Source of the DNA: Takakia lepidozioides
Lineage: Eukaryota > Plantae > Bryophyta
Reading direction: 5' to 3'
DNA: 64,000 nucleotides
Assembly (NCBI GenBank): GCA_030704615.1
Contig: CM060734.1
Span: 61,566,001-61,630,000 of the forward strand
In this document: positions 41,011-52,200 of the stretch, in pieces
Numbering within the stretch: position 1 is the stretch's first letter
How the letters are laid out: every line of letters begins with the position of its first letter
Notes under the pieces: generated by a model
Seen by the model: the letters and a program-made list of their open reading frames with translations, nothing else
Database searches by the model: none
Told to the model about the DNA's origin: nothing
Translations under genes and position numbers: made by a program

Positions 41011-41960
41011 TGAGCTTCATGATGACCATCTGTTTTTTTTTCCACTTCATCTGGAATAACAGGCACCTGAACAAGTTTCACAATGACAGCTCATTTGTTT
41101 TCCACGTCCTCTATACAAACAAACCCTAAATAAGCATTCATGATGACCATATGATTTTTTTTTCACCTCTTCTTCAATAACAGAAACCTGAAGAAGTTTG
41201 ACAATGATAGAGCTCAAGTTTTTTTTTCACCTCTTCTTCACAAACAATCCCTAATTTATTCATAATGACCATCTGATTTTTTTTTCATCAACAGAAACCT
41301 GAACAAGATCGACAATGATAGAGCTCATTTTTTTCACCTTTTCTTCAGAAAGAAACCGTAAATAAGCATTCATGATGACCATCTGGTTTTTTTTCACCTC
41401 TTCTTCAATAACAGAAACCTTAAGAAGTTTGACAATGGTAGAGCTCAAGTTTTTTTTTCACCTCTTCTTCACAAACAATCCCTAATTTATCTAAATAAGC
41501 ATTCATGATGACCATCTGGTTTTTTTTTCACCTCTTCTTCTAAACCTGAAGAAGTTTGACAATGATAGAGCTTAACTTTTTTTTCACCTCTTCTTCACAA
41601 ACAAAGCCTAAATAAGCTTGAAGATGGTCATCTGTCAAATTTTCACTTCATCTACATTAATAAAAACCATTGCCTGTTTCACAATGAGTGGTCATATTTT
41701 GGGGCATGTTCTTGCCCATCCTCATTATTTTAATCCTCTCCTTCAATATTTCATCCATCCATCATTCATCCATCATGGATGAAATACTGGAAACGTCAGA
41801 TAGCTTGACAATGAGCATCCAAACTTTTCTTGCCTCTTGTTCATGCAAGAATCCCTAAGTAAGATTCATGATGACTCACCCAGCCTTTTATTTCACCTCT
41901 TCTTCAATAAGAAAACCTCAGTAACTTTTACAATGACCATTCCATGTTTTCTATACCTCT
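41010..41960. repeat. Degenerate tandem array of ~110-120 bp units
   Basis: About 7 recurrences of taagcattcatgatgaccatctg(t)ncacctcttcttcaataacagaaacctgaagaagtttgacaatgatagagctca, plus a CCAT/ATGG-rich patch at 41750-41785. Confidence 0.85.
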
Positions 41961-42436
41961 TTTTTTAAGCGCTATAACTGCTTCCACGACAATAGGACCC
42001 TCTCTAAACAGAGGACTCGGGTATGGGGCCTGCTTCTTCCTCCACTAAACCCTTGGGCTCACGCTTAGAGGGCACACACCTGGAAGCATAGTCGCACCAT
42101 TTTACTCTTTAAAAAAGGTGACCCAACGGATCTCAGCAACTATAGACTCATAGCTTTAGCCAATACCATATACAAACTATTTACCAGCACGCTAACCACC
42201 ATGTTGTCCAACTATGGCGAATAACACCGCATTCTAAGTGACCCCCAAGAAGGATTCCGAGCTACGCGTAGTAAAACCTGATACAATATGTACTATCCGC
42301 CCTTGAAGACGCCAAACTTACTAAGCAAGACATATATCTCCTATATATCAATTTTAAAAACGCCTTTGGCTCTTTAGATCACGCAAGACTACTCTCTATT
42401 ATGACTGATCTTGGATACCCCATTGATGCCATCCAA

Positions 42437-42608
42437 AAGTAAGACGCCTCCCCAAAGGAACGTAACTTATGGTGTCACTTCACCACAAGGGCTACTGCCT
42501 TCCAGCTAAAATGTGGACACCTTCATGACACACCAGACCGTGGTTTGAACCCACCACCACATCCAATGTGGTATGTGCCCATTACCACTGAGCTACATAC
42601 TTGTTGTC
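42437..42608 (-). mobile_element. tRNA-derived SINE with a 12-bp target-site duplication, inserted in the LINE RT
   Basis: Flanking direct repeats GATGCCATCCAA at 42425-42436 and 42609-42620. The minus strand carries Pol III A box (GTAGCTCAGTGGTAA) and B box (GGTTCAAACC). Removing it restores RT reading GYPIDAIQ-LIGNIY. Confidence 0.85.
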
Positions 42609-45600
42609 GATGCCATCCAACTCATAGGAAACATCTACACAAATAGTACAACATAGTACTCTGGAGCATATTATGGCTCTACCCCACCTATTCCAATATG
42701 ACGAGGCACTATCCAAGGAGACACCTTAAGCCCTTATCTCTTCATTGTATTCTTGGAACCCCTACTCAGATGGCTGGCCCGTGGCAAGCTAGGTTATCAA
42801 TACAAAACCTCCTCAAGCGACATCTCCGCTGCAACATACGTAGATGACCTCGCTATTCTCGCACGTAAACCGCATCATCTAAACAGACAAATCACCAAAT
42901 TATTTAGATTCAACCAATGGTTAGGCATGGAACTAAGCTTCCGAACAGACCTTTCCCCTTCCTAGGGTCGGATGAGCCATATACTTATCTAGGAATTCAA
43001 TTAGTACCTTCTCTCACTTGGCACATACAGAAAGAATCTACAACATCCAAACTCGCTGACAAAAGCTTGCCCTACTCAAATCCCCAGTTGTCATTCGCCC
43101 CAAACTATCAATTATTCAATCAGTTTTACAAACCCAAATTCAATATGCATTCCACGCTGCACCCTTTTCTCTACCAGATATTAAAAAACTCGACAAAAAT
43201 ATCATTCATCTTGCCAAACGAGTATGCGGTTTACCAATCAGCACCCCCAATGCCCTAATGCAACTCCCAACCGATAGCTATACGAGTAGCTATGGAATTG
43301 GCTCAACCCCATTAATTATTTCATTGAAAAAAGCACTAAATGATCCTAGGCGCCTTGGTATCATCTATCAGGGGCTCCTCAGATTCTTTGCCCAAAAATA
43401 CAATGGTCTTCACTCATTGTCATCATTACACCCACAAGCTTGCCTACATTCTCCCACTGCGCATACACTACTTGTCCTCCACCAAATGAAAATAAGTATA
43501 CAAACAGACCTACCGGGTTACCACAACACCTCTTCACTATTGGAACGCACATGTTATCACAAGTCTTTTCCTATCACGAGTCGAACTCTCACCCAAAACA
43601 AAAAATTCTCATTCTCACTTACTTCAAAGAGCACCACATTACCACCCTCACCCAACTTATCACATCAACAGTTCGCCGACTTTTAAGGCCAAGTGAATTC
43701 ACTACTAAATTCTCGTGTGCTACAACCAAAACTAGCCGGTACTTACAGCACCTCCGCACACTCTTCTGTCACCCATCCCAAGCCTACACCCTTGATTGTG
43801 ATCTTCCCTGCCCTTACTATCCACACACGGCCCAAGTTTTGCTCCCTCAATATAGGACCACCCTAGAAGCTTTGCACATCAAACACCGCTAACACCCCCA
43901 CTGCATCTATGGAACCTGATCCCCTTCCTCAAGTACCTGCCATGCAACATATTATGCCAACCAACAATTCTTCCCTAATACTAACCTCCCTAGCCAATAC
44001 ACGAGACACTCCCACCCACCCCCCACTATCCCCCATAATGCCTCACCCTACCTCCCCGCATAACTCTGATAACCTTGATGCCTATGTCATTGAAGCCATA
44101 CTAGGTATTAAAACCCAAACGTCAACTGACGCCTTCGGGGCCACCTGTGTTGACACATACTACCATTGCAAGTGGGCCGGCTACCCTGACGAAGACAACA
44201 CATGGCAAATAGAAAATGATCTATTCGGCCCACATGATGATTGTGACCCAGACCACAATCTCACCCCTTCTCACCATGTTCTACAAAACCACTAACATTA
44301 ACTACCTAACACATATTCACCAACAACACACCACCCCCATCCAGCATACAGACAACATGTACATTCATAAGCCGATCTCGGCCCCCAATGTACACATATG
44401 CATAGCTGAATGTAATCTAGACAAAGATATCCAACATGCTCAACCACTAATCTGCATGGGCCCCCGCCTTTCTAGTATATATGCACAAAATGGCCGCTAC
44501 ATAGGGCTTATCCCCAACGATAGATTAACATGGCTATGGAGCAAGTACTCTGCCCCAAGGACATACCCACATGAGCTACTCCCACCAAAACAAGATTTTG
44601 CCACAAAAGTATATTGGCTTATCGACCGTTATTTCAAAGACACCCCTCCTCAAAAACCACGTTCCCTTGCACGGTTAGAAACGGCAAGCGCACATCATAC
44701 TATTCCCAAAGATATTCTCGCCTTACTTATCAAAACATTCCAGATCACTTGTTCATACTACTCCAACCCACTAACCTGCCCTATGGAACTCGACACATTT
44801 GCTAGCCCACATCAAAGAGATTGCATTTTCGGGGACACTGGTAATGCTACTCAGCATACCTGGGAGGGCCGTGGTCTCGTTCACCCTCCATCTAGACCCC
44901 TCACCCATGAAGCTCTTCAATGGGCCAAATTCGTTGCGCATTCATCTTCTTATGCTTCAACTATCCTCATCCTCACACAACAACAACACACCTACCACCT
45001 ACCACCTATCACCTCCCACCCACTTCTACGTCTCCCTGTTGGGGTCAAGTTAATAGCCACAATTGACCCAAACCAGCTTAAATGTACCCATACCCCTCCT
45101 TTTCCCAAATACCTCAGGCAAAAAGAACCCACCCTAACCCTCATCCTGCATGTCCAAAACCCCCACCACGCTGCCATACCCACACCTTTCTATCACAAAC
45201 TAGAACATCTACTAACCACTACTCATAAAATAAAGGCCATCATCCACCACCCACCTACCCACCATTGTACAAATATACCTACCCCCCTCCCCCGAATTAA
45301 AACAGATAAAGCCTGGATTGAGGCACTGCAACGCCCTCCACAGGCCACACCAACAAACCCCCTCCCCCCCATTCCCTCATTATACCGGCAATCCTACCCC
45401 CTCAAATACCCTACCGCGAACTCTCATTATATAATGGATCCCTTACTCAAACTAATGCAGGCTACGGTATCTATCACGCAGGTACGGGGAGAGAGGTGGC
45501 CCTTAGACTTCCTGGCCCTGCAACTATTCTCAGGGCCGAGCTTATGGCCATATACGACGCTCTCCTCCTACTCGATACCCCCCCCCCCCCCCTTCCCCTC

Positions 45601-46299
45601 CCCATACTTCATCTTCACTGACAGTCTTACCTCCTTATTCCTCATCCGTAACCACATTGCCCGCCCCTCCTCCCACCACCATCATCCTGATTGTAACCTC
45701 ATCTCAGCCATTGTCAACGTTGCCGTTTCTATAAAGCACCCAGTACACCTACTCAAAGTACGCTCGCACACTGGCATTCAAGGGAATGAGGAGGCTGACC
45801 TCCTCGCTCAGCTCGGTGCTACCAAACTCAAAGTTAATCCCACAAACGACCCAATCCACATCGCCCACTCCTACCCCTTCTGGTTTATACACCCAGTTCC
45901 GAACCCTACTGCACCATGACCCACACACAATCTCTTGGCCACCCTCACCCGTGAAGCAAATGAACAAGCCGCAGCCTCTATTAGTCATACCAAAATATAT
46001 ATTCAAAAATGGACCCAATCCGAGGTATTACACCACAAACTCTCGAATCACTTCTGGCAAACCAAAGCTACCACTGATGCACCAATCCGTTAGACACTCA
46101 AATTCAAATACGCCCAATATATGGGTCACCAATGCAAACACGTTTTCTGGCCACATCTCTTTCCATCACCTTACTGCCCGCTGTGCTCCACAACCCACAA
46201 TGCACGTGATACGTGGCTACACCTCCTGAGCCAATGCATGCATCCGGTCATCCATGGTCTTGATATCACTCGACACAACCAAACAGCCTGGCTTCTCCA

Positions 46300-48463
46300 C
46301 CAAATTGCAGGACGACATTCCGCAATGTCCTCAAGGGACATGTCCTGTGAAAGGAAAATGAAAGAGCGTCATTCATGCAAGCGCGGACTGTTCTGGGAAC
46401 AAGGAAAGAAACTGGGCACATACAAGGGATTGCAGAGGTGAAAGGCAGCTTACAGTAGTCATGAAAGCCTCCATTGCCTGTATCTGAAGTGCCAAAAGAC
46501 CAACCAGTCTTCCAATTCTTTGACACCGTCCTGATCAGTAGCCCCTGACGAGAACCACCATGCTCTCACTGTCTGGTACATGGTCTCAGCCTCTTCCATT
46601 GTAGTTGCATTCTTGTACATGAAGCAGAGCCTCATATGCTCCGCCTGCAGATCTCTTCTGATGCACCTCTTCGTATGTTTCTGCAGGGACTGAGTCCAGT
46701 GGAATAGACATGTGCACTCCCTATTAGGCATGGGTACCTTTGGATCACCAGATCCAAAAACTCGGCGCACAGCGTTGAAGTTAGCCTGTGCACTATCCGC
46801 CATAAACCCGTTGAAATTTATGCCTGTATGTCCATTGGACTCCATGACTGAAAGCAAACAATTCCACATTATCATCTGGGACTCTGTATCTTCAGACTGC
46901 ATGTCACAGATGGCAATTGTCATTATTCTTTGGTAGTTCAGGTCGTAAACATGGCAAGACATGGTTGTCCAGCCCTTCACTCGTTTGCAATGATCGAACA
47001 TCATCCAGGCTTTCTCCAGATCCCCCCCTTGTTGCATACGTCTGGCCAGGCTGACGCCATTGCCCTCGCCCACCGTAGACATCTTGAACAAATAAACCTT
47101 TGAAGACCCCTGACTTGGGAAGACGCTAGATTGGATAAAGTCATATTGACTTATGTGCTTGAGCTCCATAATGCTGTCGATAGACCCTGTGTTTCCACCG
47201 CGCACTCTCAATGCATTCACCTGATTCCTAATATTGGGGGAGCTCAACACAGAGAAGTGATCCATTACTGCATCCAAAGAAGCCCCCTCAAGTCTTGAGC
47301 TGCATTCGCTTCCCTGCCCAAGAATGTGCCTCTCTAGGAAACTTTTGCTGGCAGCCAGTGCTATGGCAGATGGTTTGGCTGAAGGGGATTTTGCAAACTC
47401 CTCCACGACAAGCCCACGCGCCAACTCCACACTATCTCTGCAATCGCCGTGAGACATAGGATGGTCGTGAGTCCCAAAATGAATGTAGGCTCGAGTCATG
47501 GTTTTGCAACGGTGAGTAACGTAGTACATGCGAGCAGGGCAATGTGCAATGCAGGAGGGGGCCACCTTGCAGAACTTACAAACAAATGTACTGGCAGACG
47601 GTGGGGCACAGCCTGGGATAAAAGGATTGTCGGAGAGTCCTTCCCACTCACTCTCATTTTTAGCACCGCTCTTCATGAAATGCTGGCAACTTGCATTCAC
47701 ACATCTCAGATGCCCCACACAAACACTCCTTCTGAATGTCAAGTTTACATCGTTGTGGATATTGGATGTTTTGGTTCTGCACCATGGATGGCCATCATGC
47801 TTTTTATCCATTCCTTGCAAGAGACCTGAGAGGCCCCCAGCACAAGTTGTTGGATTCAGCTCAAAGAGGATGTCACCGTCGGAAATGAACCCTTTTTGTT
47901 GCGAATGAATCCCACAGTATCTCTGCGATCTCGTTTTTGGATCCTGGTTTTCCTGACAATGCTTTCAGATGTGGGATGACACTAACGATTTTCTGAACAT
48001 CGACGTCCCCTTCAGGAAGACTGTTCATGGGAGCCAGTATTTCTGCCAATTCATCATCCGAGGAATCCGACAGTGTCACAAAAGTTGTTGAAGTGGTGTC
48101 CTCCTGCTTCACAGTCACATGCCACTTTCCTTGAACGACAAAGGCAGCTGTCCCAGGAGTGACAACGGAGCCACCGGATTGTCTCCTTTCACTTCGGAAC
48201 ATACGATATTTTCCAGGAAGAACTCTCCATTCCTTGTGTTTCTCTGCAACATGCGATTTCTGGAACAACGTTCTTTGAACGTTTCCCTCCAAGTCATAGA
48301 TCTCTTTCTCGACAGTAACACAACCAATTTCAAGCTTGAACCTTGCTGCCAGAACATGCTCCTCCACCACAACAAAACCATCATCTTCAACCGAGGCACT
48401 GAAAGGGCAAGGCTCTTCAGTATACTGAAACTCGGCGAAGGCCACGTTATTAGGAGAAGCCAT
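46300..48463 (-). mobile_element. GCM-domain MULE-like transposase (degenerate, 3'-truncated)
   Basis: GCM-like DGHPW..CVGHLRCVNASC..CKFC..HCPARMYY..HFGTHDHP. MULE core WMMFDHCKRV, GFMADSAQAN, CLFHW. Frameshifts occur near 47880 and 46470. Confidence 0.85.
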
Positions 48464-49213
48464 GTGGTGAACATACGATGGTGAGTACCAATACAACTGT
48501 GCGACATGGCCAGGTAAAAACCTTCCGGAGGTGATTGCCAAATCCCAAAAGTGTTTGCTAAGGCAAGAGGCAGTTGTACAACTGGCCCCGCACATTAACC
48601 AATAACTTGTAAGGGTATTGAACCACACAGCCAAAACAGTTGGGTAGTTGCCAAATTGATGGAGAAGGGAACAAAACTGTTTATTTTGTCAGTGTCACAC
48701 CACCGGGAAAAGACGGCGCTGTCTTGGATATTGCAATCCAATTTGCATTTTGCGGCGTTCCACAACGTGAACCCAGACAGTGCATTGAGTGCCGAACCCG
48801 GGAAATATCCAACGCCGGATGAATGCGGACATTGCGTTCCTGACGTTATGTATGTTTTCGTTTTGAAGAAGGCAAAATCCGTGTATGATAGGGCGATGGC
48901 ATGCCTCATGTGCGCAATATTTCATCCAATCAGAAAACATCCACATTTGAAGAACTCGGCCTTATTGATGGCATTAGGGGCGCCCAATAAGCCGCAGCCA
49001 GTGAGATCGATCCATTTGGGGGGTTATAGGGTAGACACGCACGTCCTTAACCACATGCATAACTGACGGCTTTACAGGGTTCCTTACTTTCTCCATTGTT
49101 TGTTAGTCAAGCTGGAGAGCTACGGGAGTGAGAGAGAAGACATAGTAAGAAGACGTAGAAGGCAGTCCCTTTACTTCACGAGTGTGAGAGAGAGGAAAAA
49201 CGCGCGAGTCAGA

Positions 49214-52200
49214 ATGAGAAAGTTGCGCAATCTGCAAAACGCTGATGAGCAGGTTGCACAGGATACGTCAACCCACGAATCACAACAGATCACAGAGCCG
49301 GTCCAGCCTGAAATGGAGGGAAGAATGGAAGGCGAGAAGACTGCCCCGGAGACCATTGTGCATGACATGGACATCGACACCACCACCGTCGGTGAGAAAG
49401 AAGCGACACCAAAGGAAGCTGTGAGGACGCAGCAAGAAGAGGCATCGGGAAGTGGTGTCATGAAACCCAGGGTAATCCTTCTCCCAAACTACATGAATCT
49501 CGCTTGACTGTCGTACCAAGTGCATAAATAGAATACGAGAGATCCCCTGAAAACTGGGTGCGGCACCGCGCGCAGTTTTGAGGGGAGCTCTATCACTTCC
49601 ATTGTAGGCCGAGGTGAATAACTAAGTCTTAGAGACAGCAGGATCTGAAACGGAAGCCTGAGAGGGACACGGAGAAACTGAGTGCGGTGGCGCACTCATT
49701 TCAACTCGATGCTTGCCGATCGCTTGGGCATTAGGGAAAGAGGAAGGTGATGTTCACAGTTTAGGTCTGTGAGACACTGGAGTGGTCACCATGAACTGAG
49801 TGCGCCACCGCACTCAATTTCTGAGCTCCATGGAATCATTGAGTTGTTGTTGACTGAGGTGAACAGTAGATAGAAAGTGCGATTATTCCATAGTGAGATC
49901 TCTTATGAGTTCTGAGGATGACATTATGTCTAACCTGGAAACTGAGTGCGTTGGCGCACACAATTCCAAGGTGTGATCGACAATGTTTTTGGACAGACGT
50001 GAAGAGCCCAATGAACTCAAAACAGAAGTAGGCAGACATAATGGATGGCTCCCAAACTGACTGCGCCACCGCACTCAGTTTCGGATCACCATAGAATGGT
50101 CAATTTGCAAATGACAGACGTGAAACGAAAGTTAGAAAGTGTGTTTCATTCAAAGTGAGATCTCTTTTGAGTTTTCAAATAGATAGAAACGATAACCTTG
50201 AAACTGAGTGCGGTGGCGCACTCAGTTCTAAAGTGAGGTCGACCATCTTCGTGGACAGAGGTAACAACCCAAGTGTGCTCACAAGAGAAAGCAGGACAGA
50301 GTGGAGGGCTCCCAGAAATGAGTGCGCCAGCGCACTCAGTTTTTTGAGCACCTGTAGATGGTTGATTTGATGATGTTTAGAATGAAGATTCTGCCTCAGT
50401 TTCTGCCTGTAGAATGAAGTACACAATGTGGAAGAGGAAGTGACAATGGAGCCATTGACTGAGTGCCTGCGATGAGCATGATTTCTTAGATGTCATGGAA
50501 GGTGTCCAAAAATGAGTGTGCCACCGCACTCAATTCCGGTTGACAGGAAAGGAGGGTTATGTGTGTAGTTTTGGAGAACTGATGTTTGTCTGTTCCGATC
50601 CTTTGTCAGTCTCGAAAGTGAGTGTGCCACCGCACTCAATTCTTGTAGGTGCCAGATCAGGAAAATGTAACCGTGGAATGACGGAAAGGCTGTAATTGTG
50701 GGAGGTGCAGGGGAGGAAAAGAAAAGGATTGCAGCCTGAGAAGCAGCAGCAGCAGGAGGAAGAAGTGACTGAGAAGCCTGTTGAAGAAGACGATCTTTTC
50801 TATGAAGAAAGAGCGGTAAAGGTCTTTGTGTACCAGAAGGTCAATTCCACGCGGGTGATCAAGTCTATGCTGGTACCTGGAGGCAAGATCATGATCCCTC
50901 TCTGCCGCCTAATATCTATGCCAATCGTTCGACCTGCCCTGACCGGGGATGTGTCCAAGTTGGAGCAAGATTTTAGTCATGGATACATAGAGGGGTCTCC
51001 AGTGTTTTACGTCTCCTTGTGCGATGCAAGTGGACAGGAGGTCTTGGTGGACGAGTCAATTGTCAAAAATATGGCGAGAAGTAAACGAGGAGTTCGAAGC
51101 CCAGATTTCGAGGAGAATGTCCACACAAGTGTTCTCCGGGAAAATGTTTCATATTTGGGATGGCAATCACCGCTTCATGGCCTGGATGAACGTCATAAAC
51201 AAATATCACAACACAGACGAGGACTGGCACTACCTTGTGGCGTCCATGGTGTTGGATCCGAAAGGAAACGTCACAACACTTCTTACGGCTATGCATGACA
51301 TCAACAAGTAAATATAATGCTCACCCTTCATGCCAACAAAATTCTCCGATTTGTTCTGTCAGTTTTGTATTTCCTGGTGAAGGAGGAAGTCATAGTGTTT
51401 GTTGGGACTGCAGGGGAACTGAAAGTGCACACGTGACGACGAATTTGGTGCACACTCTATTCAGGATACAGAAGGTGGGCCAAATGCCACTGGTCACCTT
51501 CAAAAACCTTATCAGTGCTGAGGCTTACAAGAAGTGCGAGACCTCCAAATCCGCCGACACATGGTACAAGCTCACCAGGGAGGCTTTTTGTGACTACATG
51601 TACGCTGTAAGTATTCCTTCACTAGCTCTGTCTACTTGTTCATTCATAAAACCAGTTGACTAATAAGTTGTATACTGGAATTTTCAGCAAGATATTGCGG
51701 AGGCTGGAGAGAAAGGGAAAACAGAGTATTATGCCTAAAAAGACCCAGGGGAGCGATCCTCAAAAGGAGTGGAAGAATCTATGAACAAGGAGATGGAGGT
51801 GGCGAAGAGGCACTACATGAGCGCGTTCGTGAAACAACTCAGAATAGCCGACCCTGCTTTTGGCCCGGAGTTCTTGAATCAGGTCAGGATCCACTGGAAC
51901 GTGAACACCAAGCCTGAAATGATGCAGGAGAAGCTTCATCGTCTGTCCACTGCCGTTGTGGAGCCAGAGGTGAAAGTGAAATGGCTTGAGATTTGGAACG
52001 CCGACCCCACAGTGAAAGATAACCACTGCTTTCCGAAGAGTGAGAAGAACAAGGAAACATGAGTCATAAAGCAATTCAGTGACCATGTTCTCGATATGTG
52101 GCTGCACAAAGCCACGTACTGGGCACAGGTTTTTTCCTCTCCCCTTTCCATTTCCACTGCAAATCTGCATTGCACCGGGAAAAGTCACTTACTCTTCTTC

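Larger units (their letters stand above)
38330..46300 (+). mobile_element. Degenerate Dualen/RandI-like non-LTR retrotransposon (APE-RT-chromodomain-PCIF1-like-RNase H-CCHC), interrupted at ~39500-41970 and truncated at ~46300
   Basis: APE start LNITTWNVGSL (39419). RT motifs KKGDPTDLSNYRLIAL, QEGFR, FKNAFGS, GTIQGDTLSP and YVDD (42080-42850). Chromodomain 44077-44223. RNase H GS..AGYGIY..TILRAELMAI / FTDS / KVRSHTGIQGNEEAD. CPLC..DTWLHLLSQC..RHN (46175-46280). The 5' boundary is approximate. Confidence 0.85.

Noticed and set aside
42520-42600. tRNA gene
   Set aside because: A and B boxes are present but there is no convincing cloverleaf. The TSDs and tail indicate a SINE.
48656-49066. 136-aa ORF between the transposase and the ParB-MTase gene
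   Set aside because: It has no recognisable motif. It may be a 5' exon or promoter sequence, and cannot be called.
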